Translations under genes and position numbers: made by a program
Assembly (NCBI GenBank): GCA_040437565.1
Contig: JBDOQK010000002.1
Location: 372,001 to 436,000 of the forward strand
Direction: 5' to 3'
Source: Albugo candida
Lineage: Eukaryota
Length of the DNA: 64,000 nt
The notes under the pieces: model-generated
The model's input: only the letters and a program-made list of their open reading frames with translations
What the model was told of the DNA's origin: nothing
Database searches by the model: none
Shown: positions 1 to 13,312 of the stretch, piece by piece
Layout of the letters: each line of letters starts with the position of its first letter
Numbering within the stretch: position 1 is the first letter of the stretch

Positions 1-1690
1 ACGAATCAAATCTACAAATCGGTACAAGAGCAAATGAGTCAAATTCGAGCACTTTTAAGAAACCCGAATGTCGGTGGGGGCAAGACTTTCATGCCAGCTC
101 CACTGCTGCTTGATGAGCAAGGTCGACAGATCGATGAAAGTGGAAACGTTATCAATGAGAACATTGCTCCAACTATCGCTACGCTAAAAGCTAATAAAGC
201 ATCGACCCGTATTGCTCAAAATCCATACTTGGTTTTTCGGAACATCGACAAGGAGGACAAATTAGATTCATTGGATCCGAGACTTAAAGTTCGAAAGAGG
301 GAGACGTGAGTCGTATCGCTGATCTCACGATCATTGTTGAATGAAATTTTCATTGTGTCGTGTTTTAGGCGTGCCGAAAAAACGTTCAATTTTGTCAAGC
401 AAGGAACTTTTGTCAAGCAAGCAGAACAAGTGCGAGCTCGTGAGGCTAAAAGAATGCTTGCTGGATTTACATCAGGAAGAAATCCGAGAGCGTATAAAAA
501 AGAATCGATTGTAGCGGTAGACGAGGAGAAAACAGAGGTCACAAACAGAGCAGATGAAGAACTGCAATTGCCAATATCAGAGAATCTCGATGTCACAGTT
601 CCTTTGAAACCAGATTCAAATACACCTGATATCGAGTGGTGGGATGTCGCGTATCTTCCGAAGGAGAAGAAAATTATGGTTGATAAATTTGGACTTGTGA
701 AGGCAAAATGTCGTAAAGAGAATCCTGACCTCACGGTGGATTATCATGAAATGAGATTGAAGTATTGTGGTACAATGAACGTGATCGAGCATCCTTCGAA
801 GCTAAATTCGTTGAGAAGAGATAACCAGACCGTTGCATTGCCGCTGATGTTGACCGCATCGGTAAGGAACCTGAGGTATACTTACATAGAAACGTCAAAA
901 TGATGCACATTTTATTCACAGGAACGGAAAAAAATTCGTCGAAAAAATCGTGCCGAGAGCGAGAAAGAAAAACAGGACAAGATCGCTTTGGGTTTATTAC
1001 CGCCTCCGGAACCAAAAGTCAAATTATCGAATATGATGCGAGTTTTATCGGAACAAGCTGTGGCTGACCCATCAGCGATTGAGAAAAAAGTACGCCAACA
1101 AGTGGCCCAGCGGGAGAAGAATCATGAAATGCGTAATCTTGCACGAAAACTTACACCAGAGGAACGAAGGGAGAAAAAACTGCGCAAAATCAAACAAGAT
1201 GCAGCAGGTGATATCCACGTCGCGCTATTCAGGTCAGTTTGGATATTGGGCTCAGGCTCGACCAACATTTCTCTTGTTTGAGTTTCGTATTCGTAGAGTT
1301 CCTGATCTTACGAATCCGCAACATCGATTCAAAGTAGACGTAAATGCTCAACAATATCATCTTACGGGAGGTGTGGTACTGTGCAAAGAAGACGATATCA
1401 ACGTAGTGATAGTCGAAGGTGGAAAAAAAGCAGTACGACACTACACGCGATTGATGACAAGACGAATCCGTTGGAACGACAGCGCAGATGACGAGAACTC
1501 GGATTGTGATGACAACGACTCTCCCGTCAAATCAAATGGATGCGTTCTCGTGTGGGAAGGCATCGTAGCGAGAAGAGCGTTTAACACCTTCCGCTTCCAA
1601 GAGTGTCGCACTCGTACTACTGCTCGCAAAGTAATGGACACTAAAAATGTTGGTAATTACTGGGATTTAGTTGAAAATTCCATCAATTAG
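1..1690 (+). CDS. PRPF3: U4/U6 snRNP protein Prp3 (5'-partial, 4 exons seen)
   Basis: Exons <1-305, 369-861, 922-1232 and 1297-1690 join in frame across GT-AG introns. Prp3 motifs PDIEWWD, GLLPPPEPKVKLSNMMRVL, RFKVDVNAQQ, VIVEGG and CVLVWEG are present. Confidence 0.93.
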
Positions 1691-1729
1691 CTGCTTCGGT
1701 ATTGTCACAACAGCCGGAGCGGTATGTTA

Positions 1730-1879
1730 CAAAACATATTGTTAAGACTTATTGNNNNNNNNNNNNNNNNNNNNNNNNNNNNNNNNNNNNNNNNNNNNNN
1801 NNNNNNNNNNNNNNNNNNNNNNNNNNNNNNNNNNNNNNNNNNNNNNNNNNNNNNCAAAACATATTGTTAAGACTTATTG
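1730..1879. repeat. 25-bp direct repeat either side of a 100-N gap (1730-1754 = 1855-1879); contig overlap
   Basis: caaaacatattgttaagacttattg lies on both sides of gap 1755-1854. Confidence 0.9.
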
Positions 1880-2094
1880 TGCTCTCAATTCCTAAGAATA
1901 AGTGTCAAGGATGACGTTCTGATAACAGCTGCCACAAGAATGCACCTGCAGCGACATACAATGAGCAATTGCTTTCCGTCTTTGAGAAACTCTCTTCCGT
2001 TCGCAATTGTGAACATCAGAACCAAGGAAAAAAATGACGTAAATCGACATGACGCTTCCTCATTTCATTTTTCTTAAGCACCTCCTCACTTGAA

Positions 2095-2754
2095 ATGCAG
2101 TCTACAATCGTGGAACGTGATAACGAAGACAATTATTGCTACTTTTCACATCCCGACAAAAACATTCAGCTTCTGGCAAATGGCGATATTGTAGACTGCT
2201 CGTACTTACCCGAGTCTGCGCGACATGATCTGTACAAGACGGAATTATGTAAGCATTTTATGGAGACGAAAATGTGTCGATACGGACGAAAATGTCAATT
2301 CGCGCACGGTATGGACGAACTTCGAGGTGTTGTGCGGCATCCAAAGTATAAAACGACGCGATGTAAGACATTTTTGACAACTGGAAAGTGCACGTATGGT
2401 TCCCGATGTCGATTTATCCATGAAAGAGACCCCGAGGATCATGTGGATGGAGAAGAATCGGAGGAAACAAGTTGGATGTCATCGGAATGCTGTGACATCA
2501 CAAACGCTTTCAATACGGGCGGTGTCTTTCAGGCGCCACTTTCGTTCAACTCACTTGCTTCTACAGAATGTTCCATGGATTATTCCACAGTCTCCGAAGA
2601 CGAGGATTTTGATTTGGATTTTCGGCAATGTCAATTATACGACGAAGAATTTGCAAGTTTCTTAGACGAGCAGCCACGTTCCAATGACACATCAAAGCAT
2701 TCACGGCTGTCGGTATTCCAAAGGATTTGCCAAGACAATGATATCAACTACTAA
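2095..2754 (+). CDS. Tristetraprolin/TIS11-like tandem CCCH zinc-finger mRNA-decay protein
   Basis: Two fingers, YKTELC-x8-C-x5-C-x3-H and KYKTTRC-x8-C-x5-C-x3-H. The C-terminal SRLSVFQRI resembles the TTP NOT1-binding motif. Confidence 0.9.
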   Translation: MQSTIVERDNEDNYCYFSHPDKNIQLLANGDIVDCSYLPESARHDLYKTELCKHFMETKMCRYGRKCQFAHGMDELRGVVRHPKYKTTRCKTFLTTGKCTYGSRCRFIHERDPEDHVDGEESEETSWMSSECCDITNAFNTGGVFQAPLSFNSLASTECSMDYSTVSEDEDFDLDFRQCQLYDEEFASFLDEQPRSNDTSKHSRLSVFQRICQDNDINY

Positions 2755-2852
2755 AAAGCACGAGTGTTGTGGGCTCTATTTTCACTCCTTTCGTGTCATA
2801 GATTTCATATAAACAAAATGTACTTTTTCTTATTTCCATTTTCAGCGTATCT

Positions 2853-5800
2853 TTATGAGCGCTGCAAGATCTCTTGTTCCTTCAATGTCAATGCACCCCA
2901 AGCTTTGACAAGAACGGATTCGTCGATTTCTTTTCTAAATTTGAGCAATATGGCATGAATTTGAGATTTCGCGGTCACCAATAGAACGGAGCACTCGTCT
3001 TCATCGTTTGATGTCAGCTGACTGTCTTCAGAACCTTCCGCATCTGAAATCATACAAAAACGTGAGATGTCATGAGTTACAAACATATTTATCGGATTAC
3101 CTGATAAAGCTGCAAGTGCTTTAAGAATGCTCGGTAAATTGGCGTACTCGGATCCATACAATTCTGCAAAGTTATTTCCCAATAGATGTAACATGCGGTC
3201 ATGAACGTCTCGCGCCTCGACAACGTCCATTTTTAATGGCAACCAAGATAACCAAAGCGGCCATATCGCCTTGGTGTCAGCTATAGTTGGGTAGTAGATC
3301 AATAGTTTTGATACAGCGCTGACGCAGTTATCGTGAGCTGCACCCGTTTCTTCATTCTCATTGTGAGCGAGATATTCTCTCAACGCCAAAATTAACTGAA
3401 TCAGCTTCTGCAGACATTCCGGCGCGTATGGTGAAAAAGCCTGGTTGGCATTCTCCGCGGCGACGCCGATACCATAAGCGGCAGCTTGAATGATGACAGC
3501 GGACGGATCTTGTATACCTGACAGCAGATGAGTTGCGAACGAAGACATTTGCTGTCCAGGCAAAGGCTGACAGTGTTCGATTATGTCATCCATCATGCAG
3601 ATAATCTGCGCTCGGATCGCAGGAATTTGCACCAACTTGATATTTTCCATTACAAATGGGAGTAATTCAGATTGAAATACGGGGAAGAAATTGCTTTTGT
3701 GTACTTTGATAGTCCATCCGATCGCATCGATCATAGAACGAAAAATACCGTCTTCTACTTCATCTTGGACAATTTGCTTTAAAGCTTCTTCCTGGTCAAA
3801 ATCCTCGTCTTCTTGGTTCACTTGTACTCGTGCTACTCTTCTTTGAATGCATCCGATGGCTACTTGTTTAAGAATAGCTACAATTTCAGTGAGATTCTCG
3901 ATACGCACGCCAATGTCCATCCCATTATCAGCTGCATCTTTGCAGATTTCAAGAGACGATGCGATTGCCTCGGCAAATGCTCCCAGACACTCGAGATCAT
4001 CTTCGTGTTGCATTGCCTCAATAAGAATTTGAAAAAAACCATCGAAAAGTCTTTGAGGGAATTGTGGGTCGTCTTTGCCAAATCCGTGATGAAGGATCCC
4101 ATCTATCGCGGCTTCTAAAAGCTTTGCCATTGACAATGAACATACCAATCGAATATCCTCGACGTACTCAAAGCGTATCAACGGAATCATCACTTGCGCA
4201 ACCTGATCCACGTAAGGATAAAATGCTCCTTTCAAATCTAACGCGCACTGATACAGCATATTACAAGCATTTGTCTTGTCTTCCAACGCACTGGTATTGA
4301 TACGAACTTGCTGCTTCTCATTATCGCGAATCTGGATAATCATGACATCATCGTCTAAAGTATTTTCCGCATCCTCTTCATGATCGCCGATAGCAGGTGT
4401 GTAGATGTGGACATCAGGTTCGATTTGTGCTTGTGCGATCAGAGGAGGAATCACGTGTTGCAAATATGGTACAAAGTCGTTTCCGAGGACGGAACCAATT
4501 CGGACGCAGGATTGTGTAACGTATAGAACCTCTGGCCCATTCAGTGCTCCGGTTCGCTGCACTTGTAATAGAGTCTCCATGACTTCTCTTGCATCATTCA
4601 AGAAACGATCTTTGCCCACTGCTTGACCAATTAACGCGATCGTTTCCATCGACTTGCCCCGTAAAAGACTGAATTCAGATCCACTGGCATGAACTAGTAC
4701 ATTTTTCGCCACAGGAATAAAAATGTCGTAATATGCATCGAATCCAGCTCCAATCACTTTTGCGACATTTGCAATAGCTGTCATTGCTTGTTCTTGCACA
4801 GGTCGAGGACAGTTCTGGATGACATGGAAAAGAGCTTGCAACAACGATTGTGCATGCGGAAGAACGTATTTAGCCTTGCACACATTGGGATCACAGTAAT
4901 TGATAACAGCGCTAGCAGCAAGCGCGCGGATGCGAGGGATGCATTCTTGCTTCTGTAGAACGATCGTCAACGCAGGCAAAATGATTGCATGAAATTGAGC
5001 TTGAAAGTTCTTTCCACGAGGTACGATTCCAAAATCGTTTGCGAGTTGGCCGATGCAATAAATCGCGGAATACTGTACACGAGTGTGTCTGTCCTCCAAA
5101 TACGGCATTATCATTCCCATGATGGACGCAAGCTCGGAAACGAGTTGAGCTTTACACCCTTCTCCAAGTAAACATGTAGCGAAGAGTGCTGCACGACGTT
5201 TTCTCCAATCTTGCTCGGATAGATAGCTTCTGATCACAGGGATAACAACGGGTAGAATTGAATTTCCACCCAACGCGATACTCAGACGGTTTATCGCGCT
5301 TGCTCCTGCTTCACTGACGAGATTCTCATCATCGTGTGATTCCATAAACACGTCCGAAGAATCGAATTTTGAGTTCCATTCTGGATCCTCTTCGACTTCG
5401 CATATCAATTGCAAAGTAGTCGGTAATAAGCTTTGGATAAGTTGTGGCAGTTTTCGAACAGTTCCGCTCGCATTTTCACAAATCGTTACGACTAATTCGA
5501 GTGCCAAATCACGAGTTTCTGGGCAGCTTTCTTGAGAGGTCATGATCACAAGCATTGCATTTCCGAGTTGTTCCAATGAGCTTTTAAAGAATTTGGGATG
5601 TGCTTCTGCGATCTGAATAAACGACGATACTATCTCACGCAGTACTGTTTCTTCTTGCATTTTGTATAAATTCTCAATTATCTAAGCATAAATGCCAAAC
5701 AATGAATTACGTAAAAAGAGTCATTCTGTACAAACATTACACGCAACGTCAAAGGCATTATGACCAAAAATGCAGCTAGATCCTGCTGGTTATCCAAAAG

Positions 5801-6429
5801 CAGTAGAAAAGAGGCTGCAGCTTTGAGGCAAGAAACTTGCACACAGCTACTTGGGTCTTGTAGTGAAGTCACAAAGGCTTCCAAAAAAGAGCTCTTGTAA
5901 GGGAGAAGCACGTCACCAACATAATCTGCCAATTTAGTGATCAGATCGAACCCGGTTTCGCGAAGGTGATCTTGTGCAGAATTGGTGATCATCTCTGAGA
6001 TCAATTGTAAGACCTCATTCCAAGTCTGATTTTGTGTGTACGATGCAAGCGCTACTTCTGCAATGGTGTGACCCAGCTTTCGACGAATGGATGGCACGGA
6101 TTCACTCACAATTGACTCCAAAAGCTTGGATTTGACTAGAAATACTATACATAACAAGTCCTAGATTGACGCAAGGCATAAGGTATACCTGTTATCTGTG
6201 CTTGTGCGTCGAGTTGTGCGTATACACCGTGAGCATTAACATCCAATAGACGCCGAAGCAATACAATTGCGAATGTTCGCAATGCGAGGTCCGGAGAGTT
6301 ATGAATTAATTGCAGAAATTCGATAATGACTGACTGAGGATCATTCTGTATCAAATTTTTGTAGCGTTCTTCGGCTCCGGTACGCTGCGCATTGTCATTG
6401 GACGTCAATGACGTCAGTAACGATTCCAT
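2853..6429 (-). CDS. IPO5: Importin-5 / karyopherin beta-3 (HEAT repeats)
   Basis: ORFs 6145-6429, 5678-6157 and 2853-5660 are successive exons. Motifs LLRGKSMETIALIG, INTSALEDK, DNCVSAV and WLSWLP are present. An in-frame 57-nt intron at 3044-3100 is likely. Confidence 0.9.
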
Positions 6430-6577
6430 GGCAATGGTCCAAATTGGCTGTACATTTACGCCAATGAGACGTTGTGGTCCACTTGCGTCATGTATTTTTA
6501 AAGGCAGAACATGACATAGATAGGGATAGGGATGTTAAAAAAGGGAGAGGTAATATAATTGTGTATTTTTTTTGTCA

Positions 6578-7723
6578 ATGACTTTCATCAGTGTGCCGAT
6601 GCAAACCGAGCATCCTCTTCCAAGAAGCATTGCGAATTGTGTGCGACTTATACCAGGAAATGATGTCAGTTAAGTTTCGTTGGAAAGTGGATTGTTTTTT
6701 TACTATAACATTATGAATACAGAAATGTGCAGACTGCGACGCTAGTTGTCCACAATGGTCCTCGGTATCATATGGAATTCTCATATGTCTTGCATGCGCT
6801 GGAAAGCATCGCGCACTAGGAGTCAGTATCAGTTTCGTCAAGTCATTAGAGCTGGATTCATGGTCCAAGTTGGAGCGAGTCTCTATTGAGGTATGTGCCG
6901 TAATGCCCAAATTGCTCTTTCACTTAATGTATAAAACTCAAGATTGGCGGCAACGCAAAATGGAGCAGCTTTTGTCAGGGTTGCTCCATTGACAACCTTT
7001 CTTTTTCAGAAAAATACCGTTCCGAATATGCGAAATCGTATAAACAACGGTGAGCGCTTTTCGTACTGGTAAAGTGGCTGACACTGACGATTGATTAGGA
7101 TTACATTATTAGCAAATCATTTAGCTCGACCCGAAAGAGCTGAATTATTTGGGCCGATTGCCGATAGAGAAACCAATCATATAGCCGGTCTTATTATCTG
7201 TTCATTTTCATGTGGAGAAGTGACCTCACTCGGAATGTGATTACCTGATAGTTGACCAGAGGTGTGAGGGAAGATGCAGTCAGACCGACTTACAACCAAC
7301 TCTTCGGAACATTGAGATTTCAACACTCAAGCACTGCAATGTATGGATAGTACCACTTATTCTTTGCACGCAATGTGGACTCACTTGTTTATTTAGAGGA
7401 ATCAACTATGGAAAAAGTATGAGCGCGAATTGGGTTTACATGGGCACGCTCTCGGATTCACATTAGCAAAGACAAAAGGTGGCTTTGCCGAAGTTAATAG
7501 AGTGACTAAAGGAGGTGAAGCAGATATTCTTGATGTATCCGTGGGAAGCTTTATTGTCGCAATCAATGGGCACAAAACCGCGACATACGATGAAATTGTG
7601 GAATTGATTAAAAGCACACCGCGTCCCATTCGATTTCGATTTGTTCGTCGCAAAGTCGAAAACGATATCGCACCGCTGCGCCAATATGCCAGTACTCTCA
7701 TGCCCGACAGCATCACGAGCTGA
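6578..7723 (+). CDS. ArfGAP (ArfGAP1/Gcs1-type zinc finger) with C-terminal PDZ-like domain, 6 exons, 288 aa
   Basis: Manual splice of 6578-6664, 6723-6890, 6943-7049, 7099-7187, 7252-7340 and 7397-7723 is all GT-AG and in frame. It encodes LIPGND-KCADC-x16-CLACAGKHRALGV...VKSLELDSW...GGNAKW...EKYRSEYA, then PDZ-like ALGFTL...GGEA...VGSFIVAING...IVELIKSTPRPIRFRF. Confidence 0.88.
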
Positions 7724-7930
7724 TTCAGAACACTCACATTTTCTAAATATTTCGTGGCCATCACCAATTGATCGAATTGTGATAATCAGTTCGTCACCAG
7801 CCGCCTTTTCGATTGGAGGTCCGCTTTAATATCAAAGTCGAGTTCATCATATAAATGTATAGATAAATGGATGTCTGCTTTTCACAGTACTCTTCTTCTC
7901 TATTTTTTTTGTGCTCGCAAATGACTCGAA

Positions 7931-10915
7931 TTAGACCTCTTGAGCCAGATTTGCAGTGTAATACGCATCATACGTAAAGTCTGCATCAATAGTACTTTGA
8001 TTGTCGACTCGGAGGGATGCAAACATGGATCCTTGTATCACTGTCTTCAATGTTGGGCGTTGCTCGGGGTCAAAATCTGTCATTTTTAGCAGAAGCTCCA
8101 TTGCGCCTGGAACAGAAGCAAGTCTTTGTCGACCACGTGCGATGGCATCATTAGTGCCGTCCGCGATGGAATATAGCTGACGATCTTGAGAATATGTCTC
8201 TGCAATAGAAAGCATCGTTTCGACTTGAGACCTTCCTTTTCTCACTCGCAATGTACGAGCTGAAGATGTTTTTTGCGGTCGAAGGTGTTTCTGTAGTACT
8301 GTCCAGACTGCTGGAGAATCATGTGTATAACTCGGTTGCTCATCAGGTAATCCAAATAATACAATAAACCGATACAAAGTGTGATAAAGCACCATGTCCT
8401 TGTCGTCCTCACTCACCTGACGCACCAATTTAAATGGCGAAGCAGCCCGTCCGCTCTGAAATATATCATTTCACAGTGAGTTCCGCTCTCATCAAAGATT
8501 TGGATATGTAGCATACCATCCACACAGCTTTCAGATCTCGTACGAGATGCTCTGGACATCGAACGTCAGCCATAATTTCTTCATATGGAGTTCTGGAATA
8601 TACAAATAATGAACAAGTTCGATGTGACATTTTGGAAAGGATCGGACCTGCCCGTGCATAAATGGAAAAAAGCCAAGCCTAACGAGAATGTATCAGCTTT
8701 CATAGACTGTTTGATGCGATCGCCACCCAGCAAATATTCAATTGGAGTATTTTCAAGCGTAGTAAACTGTATCAAAACTCACATCAAATTGTATCATGTA
8801 GTGTTGAAGAGGCCGTACCTGATCAATCGAAATTGGCTGCCCAATGTTCTCTACTGCTGAGTTGGCTGTTCCAAAGTCTGCAAGTTTGACCCAGTACGAA
8901 AAAGTGGGTGGCAATCGTAGCAGAAATTTATCTTTTTCTATCCCGTATAGAATTGACATATTTTCACCATCTTTAGCGAGACCTTTGTGGTTGATGTCAC
9001 ACAAGAGATAGTTCAAAAGCTATTGCAACGAACAGCCCATGAATTCAAGCTCAAGGGTTTCACAAAGGTCCTACCTTAATATCACAATGTCGCAAATGTA
9101 GACGCTCTTGGGCACAAAACAAGCTGAATACCATCTGGAAAAAAAATGGAACCACGACCGACTCGAATGGAAGCATTTGATTCACTTGTAGACTTATAAA
9201 GTGTTCCAAATCCCCACCGTCGCAATACTCCATCTGAATGTACTGGTACAAATGTCCTTGGGAATGACCTCGCGCATTATTTGCTGGACTGGAGGGGTCA
9301 TTATTGGTTTCGGATTTCGCTTGCTTCTGCGTTTTACCAGCAGGGCTTCCCCAAAAATCATTCCGCGGATACTCATCGGATAGAAACATTTCATATATTT
9401 CGACAAAATTGGGGCACCAGCGACGTCGGACCAATTCCGAAATCAGCAATGAATGTGCAACTTCTTGCTGGATAATGTGCTGCGAAGACCCGAGTCGATA
9501 TGTGCCGATATAAAAGTACATGTCATCAAAGTATATACCTCGTTGCCAGTCTCCCTGATAGCTGAGATGTCCATGACAGTAAATATAGAATAGTTTCGAG
9601 TCTTGGGGCAGAAAACCTTGTACACATCTTTGTAGGCTCCATCCGCTAGGTACATTCCCCGAGGATAAGCTGCATATACTTCAAGCATATTTTTGCGTCT
9701 TGTTTGACTACGAAAAATTCAATCAGAATCATACGTATAATGAACACATCCAGCTTCCATCACGTACTTTGAGTAATCAGCCACCCGCCATGCAATTGTT
9801 CTGCAGCAATGTTGTGTTTAGCGTACATCAGCAACCACATGAACCTTTCCTTACCTTATCGCCATATTACGCCATTCTCGAGACACGAATGCTACCACAT
9901 TATTCAGCTCAGCGGTACTCAGGTAGGTGGTGCAGATAACACTTTGCAACGCTTTCACTGGAATCAAAAACTTTTTGTGATCGCTGCGATTCAATTTTGT
10001 CGCATACTGTTGCGTAAAACAGAGTGTTTTTTCGAGCCGATCACTAACATCGTTGCTTGCGTAAGGTACGATGGATATACGCCGACCTAATCGTCCCAGA
10101 TTCGAGAGTCGACGTGCTCGGTCCCTTTTTTTGCGAGCGGAAGGTTGCGATAATATCTTTTCCATCGCAATGGCAATCTGCTCATGGCGAATTGAAGAAA
10201 GAATTCGATTGTGTTCCGCGATTGTGATTGTTTCTAGTGATTGTGCATCCAATTGTTTGAACAAATCCTTGAGAGGTGAGACCGTCTTTCTCTGTATTGC
10301 TACTGTATTCGCGACTGTATTTTGCCTCCTGTAAAAATTTGATCACTAAAAAAGAACTAGTCGACCAAAAACACGACTTACTTTAGCGAGTTGATTTTAT
10401 CTGTCGCCTTTTCTATGATTTTTTCGGTCTCTTTGATTGGAATGCTGTATATTGTTTGGCCATACAGAGTTTTCTTTTCAAAGCCCAATGAAACGAGCCA
10501 ATTGAGAAAAGCTTTATTATCGTTTTCATTCCATTTGGATATAGGATTAATGAATGCATGGCCGTAGCCGTACTTTTCACACAATTTTGACTGCCTTGAC
10601 TCTTGCATTTGCTCCATCAGATAAACTAAGAAGTTTTCAGATATGTTCTCAAAATTGAGTTTACGTTTTAGGCCAGGTTTCTTTGTTTTCTTAACATAAA
10701 TACTGTCAGACATTCCAATATATAGAGCAACTTATGTACTACTTGACTCTTTGAAAAACCACGTGCGTTGATGTCTTTTTAACGGTGTCATCGTACACGT
10801 TACGAAATCGGCGCTTTCTTATCTGTGACTTCTTACTGGCTGTAGTGCAATTTTCTTGATTTCGCTCATCCTCTGAGGACAATGGTGAGCGACAAACTCC
10901 CTGGGACATACTCAT
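7931..10915 (-). CDS. Multi-exon Ser/Thr protein kinase with haspin-like features and an F-box-like segment
   Basis: Exons encode LADGAYKDVYK, CPNFVEIYEMF, IQMEYCDGGDLE, HCDIK|LLNYLL, VKLADFGTAN, TPIE, DTFSLG and DPEQRPT. An F-box-like stretch lies at ~9860-9970. Start codon is approximate. Confidence 0.8.
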
Positions 10916-11212
10916 GACGAGCAATCAAATTTAACCAATCGTGAGTGTAGGTTTTGATTTGCTGAGTGCAGCGCTGACTTTTTAAAAGTACGGCATCTCA
11001 CACTTCGAGTAGCTGTTAAACGCACTTTATTGATCGCTAATAACGAGCTAAATTGATACCTTTGGATTCGGCGATTTATTTGAGAAGGGGCTTTCTAAGC
11101 GAATACATGATTTTCATGTGTTATCATCTAAAGCTTTTAACGCTCAAACTACACCGTCAAAAGATCGGCGGTATCTAGCTATAGAGTTGACCACGTAATA
11201 TTTCCAGTGAAG

Positions 11213-11565
11213 TCATGCTTCTGTGTCCATTTTGTCCGTATTTGCGGTTTCTGCCTTCTTCTTCTCATCTCTTTCCTTTTCACGTAATCGCATGCGGCGT
11301 AACACTTTTGACGGCACTTTTTTGGTGACAGTGACCTTCTTTGCTTTCTATACGTAACATTTTTGTTCAGCGGTCAGCCTGACGATATCGATTCGAAGCT
11401 ATTTGTACCCGTTCACGTTTTTTCTTCAACAATTCTTTTCTCTCTTTTTCCAAACGTAGCTACATGCACAAGGCTTACTAGCTATTGGAGTGTGAGTAAA
11501 CACAAGCGTCATACATCCAGTTCATGCTGAGCTTTCATTTTGTCGCGATTATTCTTGCGTGACAT
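11213..11565 (-). CDS. Small Lys/Arg-rich hypothetical protein, 3 exons, 78 aa
   Basis: Exons 11565-11515, 11459-11409 and 11347-11213 join through phase-0 GT-AG introns to give MSRKNNRDKMKAQHELD-LRLEKERKELLKKKRER-KAKKVTVTKKVPSKVLRRMRLREKERDEKKKAETANTDKMDTEA*. Confidence 0.75.
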
Positions 11566-11717
11566 ATTGATTGAATTGACCAGTAATATGAACGGAGACT
11601 ATTGTGACCAATCGACGATATGACAATTGGAAGGCGGTCGCCACGGTTCACGACAACGTACACAACACCGTAAATATCTCGATATTTTATTAACAAGGAT
11701 GCACCAGTCTAATTACT

Positions 11718-12845
11718 ATGTTACTTCTCAGCCGATTTCTCGGTGGGCTAGGAATTGGTTTGATCACAGGTGCAATAGGAGCAATTTCGATAATTGACTG
11801 GAACTTATCGATACATCAGGACGACACAGATGACACAGATAAATTGAGCAAATCAGAAGATAAATTGAACCATCCAGCATTACGTTACGGTATACCGTCA
11901 AGTAACAGTCTTCATTTACGTTCCGACTATGTTGTTTCCTATGATTTTCGGTGTGTTGCAAGTGCATCACTTATGAATTATGGCTCTTATGACCCTCTTC
12001 AATAGTACCCGAAATCCGTCTTGGGTTCTGGAGTATATTGATAAAGATAAGCTACAATCCAACACTCAAGTGCAGCGATCGCTGTCAACTTTCAAGACTG
12101 ATCCACAAATTCCTGAAAAATTCCGGGTCCACCCCAATAAGTTTCTGAATTCAGGATACGATAAAGGACATCTTGCTCCAGCAAGTAATCTTTGTATGAG
12201 AAGAATCGGCGAATTCAGCTGACATGAAATTCTATTTGTGGACAGGGAACATGACTACATCGCAAAAGTCAATGGATGAGAGCTTTTTGATGACAAACAT
12301 ATCTCCACAAGTAGGAGCAGGATTTAACCGTGCATACTGGTCGCGATTTGAAGGCTTTGTGCGCCATATAGCAAATTTATATGGTGGGGCTTTTGTCGTG
12401 ACAGGGCCTCTGTATCTACCCAAGGTATGGATTCTACCTTTACATCGCGGTGGACTGCATAATTGGGATCAACACTTTTCAGAAAAAACGTAAAAGCGAA
12501 GAATTCGTCGTGGAATACCCAGTTATTGGAAAGCCGCCGGACACAATAGCCGTACCAACGCACTTTTTCAAGGTCATTCTAGTCCGGAAAAATGATGAGG
12601 CATTTGCAAGCGCTGGTTTCATTCTACCCAATCGACATATCGCACCTGATACAGCGCTGAAAGAATTTGTGGCCCCGGTCAAAGTCATCGAAAAGTATTC
12701 CGGATTGCAATTCTTCGAGAAATTACACCACGGCGACGAATCAGACCTTTGTACTGAGACGAAATGTGTTTTAGTGGAAAATTATCAACGAGCTAAGAAG
12801 AAAAGTAACGCGAGCGCAAAGCTGGAAACCAAACGACTCGCGTAG
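11718..12845 (+). CDS. ENDOG: Mitochondrial endonuclease G / NUC1 (DNA/RNA non-specific nuclease)
   Basis: Motifs TRNPSWVLE, SGYDKGHLAPA (DRGH-type active site), FLMTNISPQVGAGFNR, VVTGPLYLP, VPTHFFKV and IEKYSGLQFF. Four exons. Confidence 0.93.
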
Positions 12846-13312
12846 CATATTTAGTGATGCTGAGAAATACACCACTACACAGCCGTAAGCGTCGTATTTA
12901 ACTGGTAATAGAAGGCGGCAGCAATGAGTATTCTATTTTTTGGGTCATGGAGTAGGACTTGCACGACAGTACGATCACATCTCTTGCTTCGTGAAGCTTG
13001 CCTAGCTGGCATTATTACAAGGTCAAATATAGAAGTTAGTATGTGAGCGTTCTTCGAGCTCAAATGCTGTTTTAGTGGATCGAGATCGCATAAGCGATTT
13101 CGCTGATAATTAACCCCGCTGAGAGCAGGATATTCGTATGCACTTGGTCTAATCAACTCTCTCGCGTCCAATGTTGACACATTATCGGATGAACGTCCTC
13201 CCGTCGCAACTAGTAGGTGCTCAGGTCAAAAACACAATTTCTTACATCGATACATCTGTGTACAAGAAAGTAGCAAACAAGGCTGATTAAACGACAGCGT
13301 TTCAATCCTAGC

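Noticed and set aside
6575..6910. 111-aa minus-strand ORF
   Set aside because: It is an antisense shadow of ArfGAP exons 1-2.
12875..13180. 101-aa minus-strand ORF between EndoG and P450
   Set aside because: It has a non-ATG start and no recognisable motifs.
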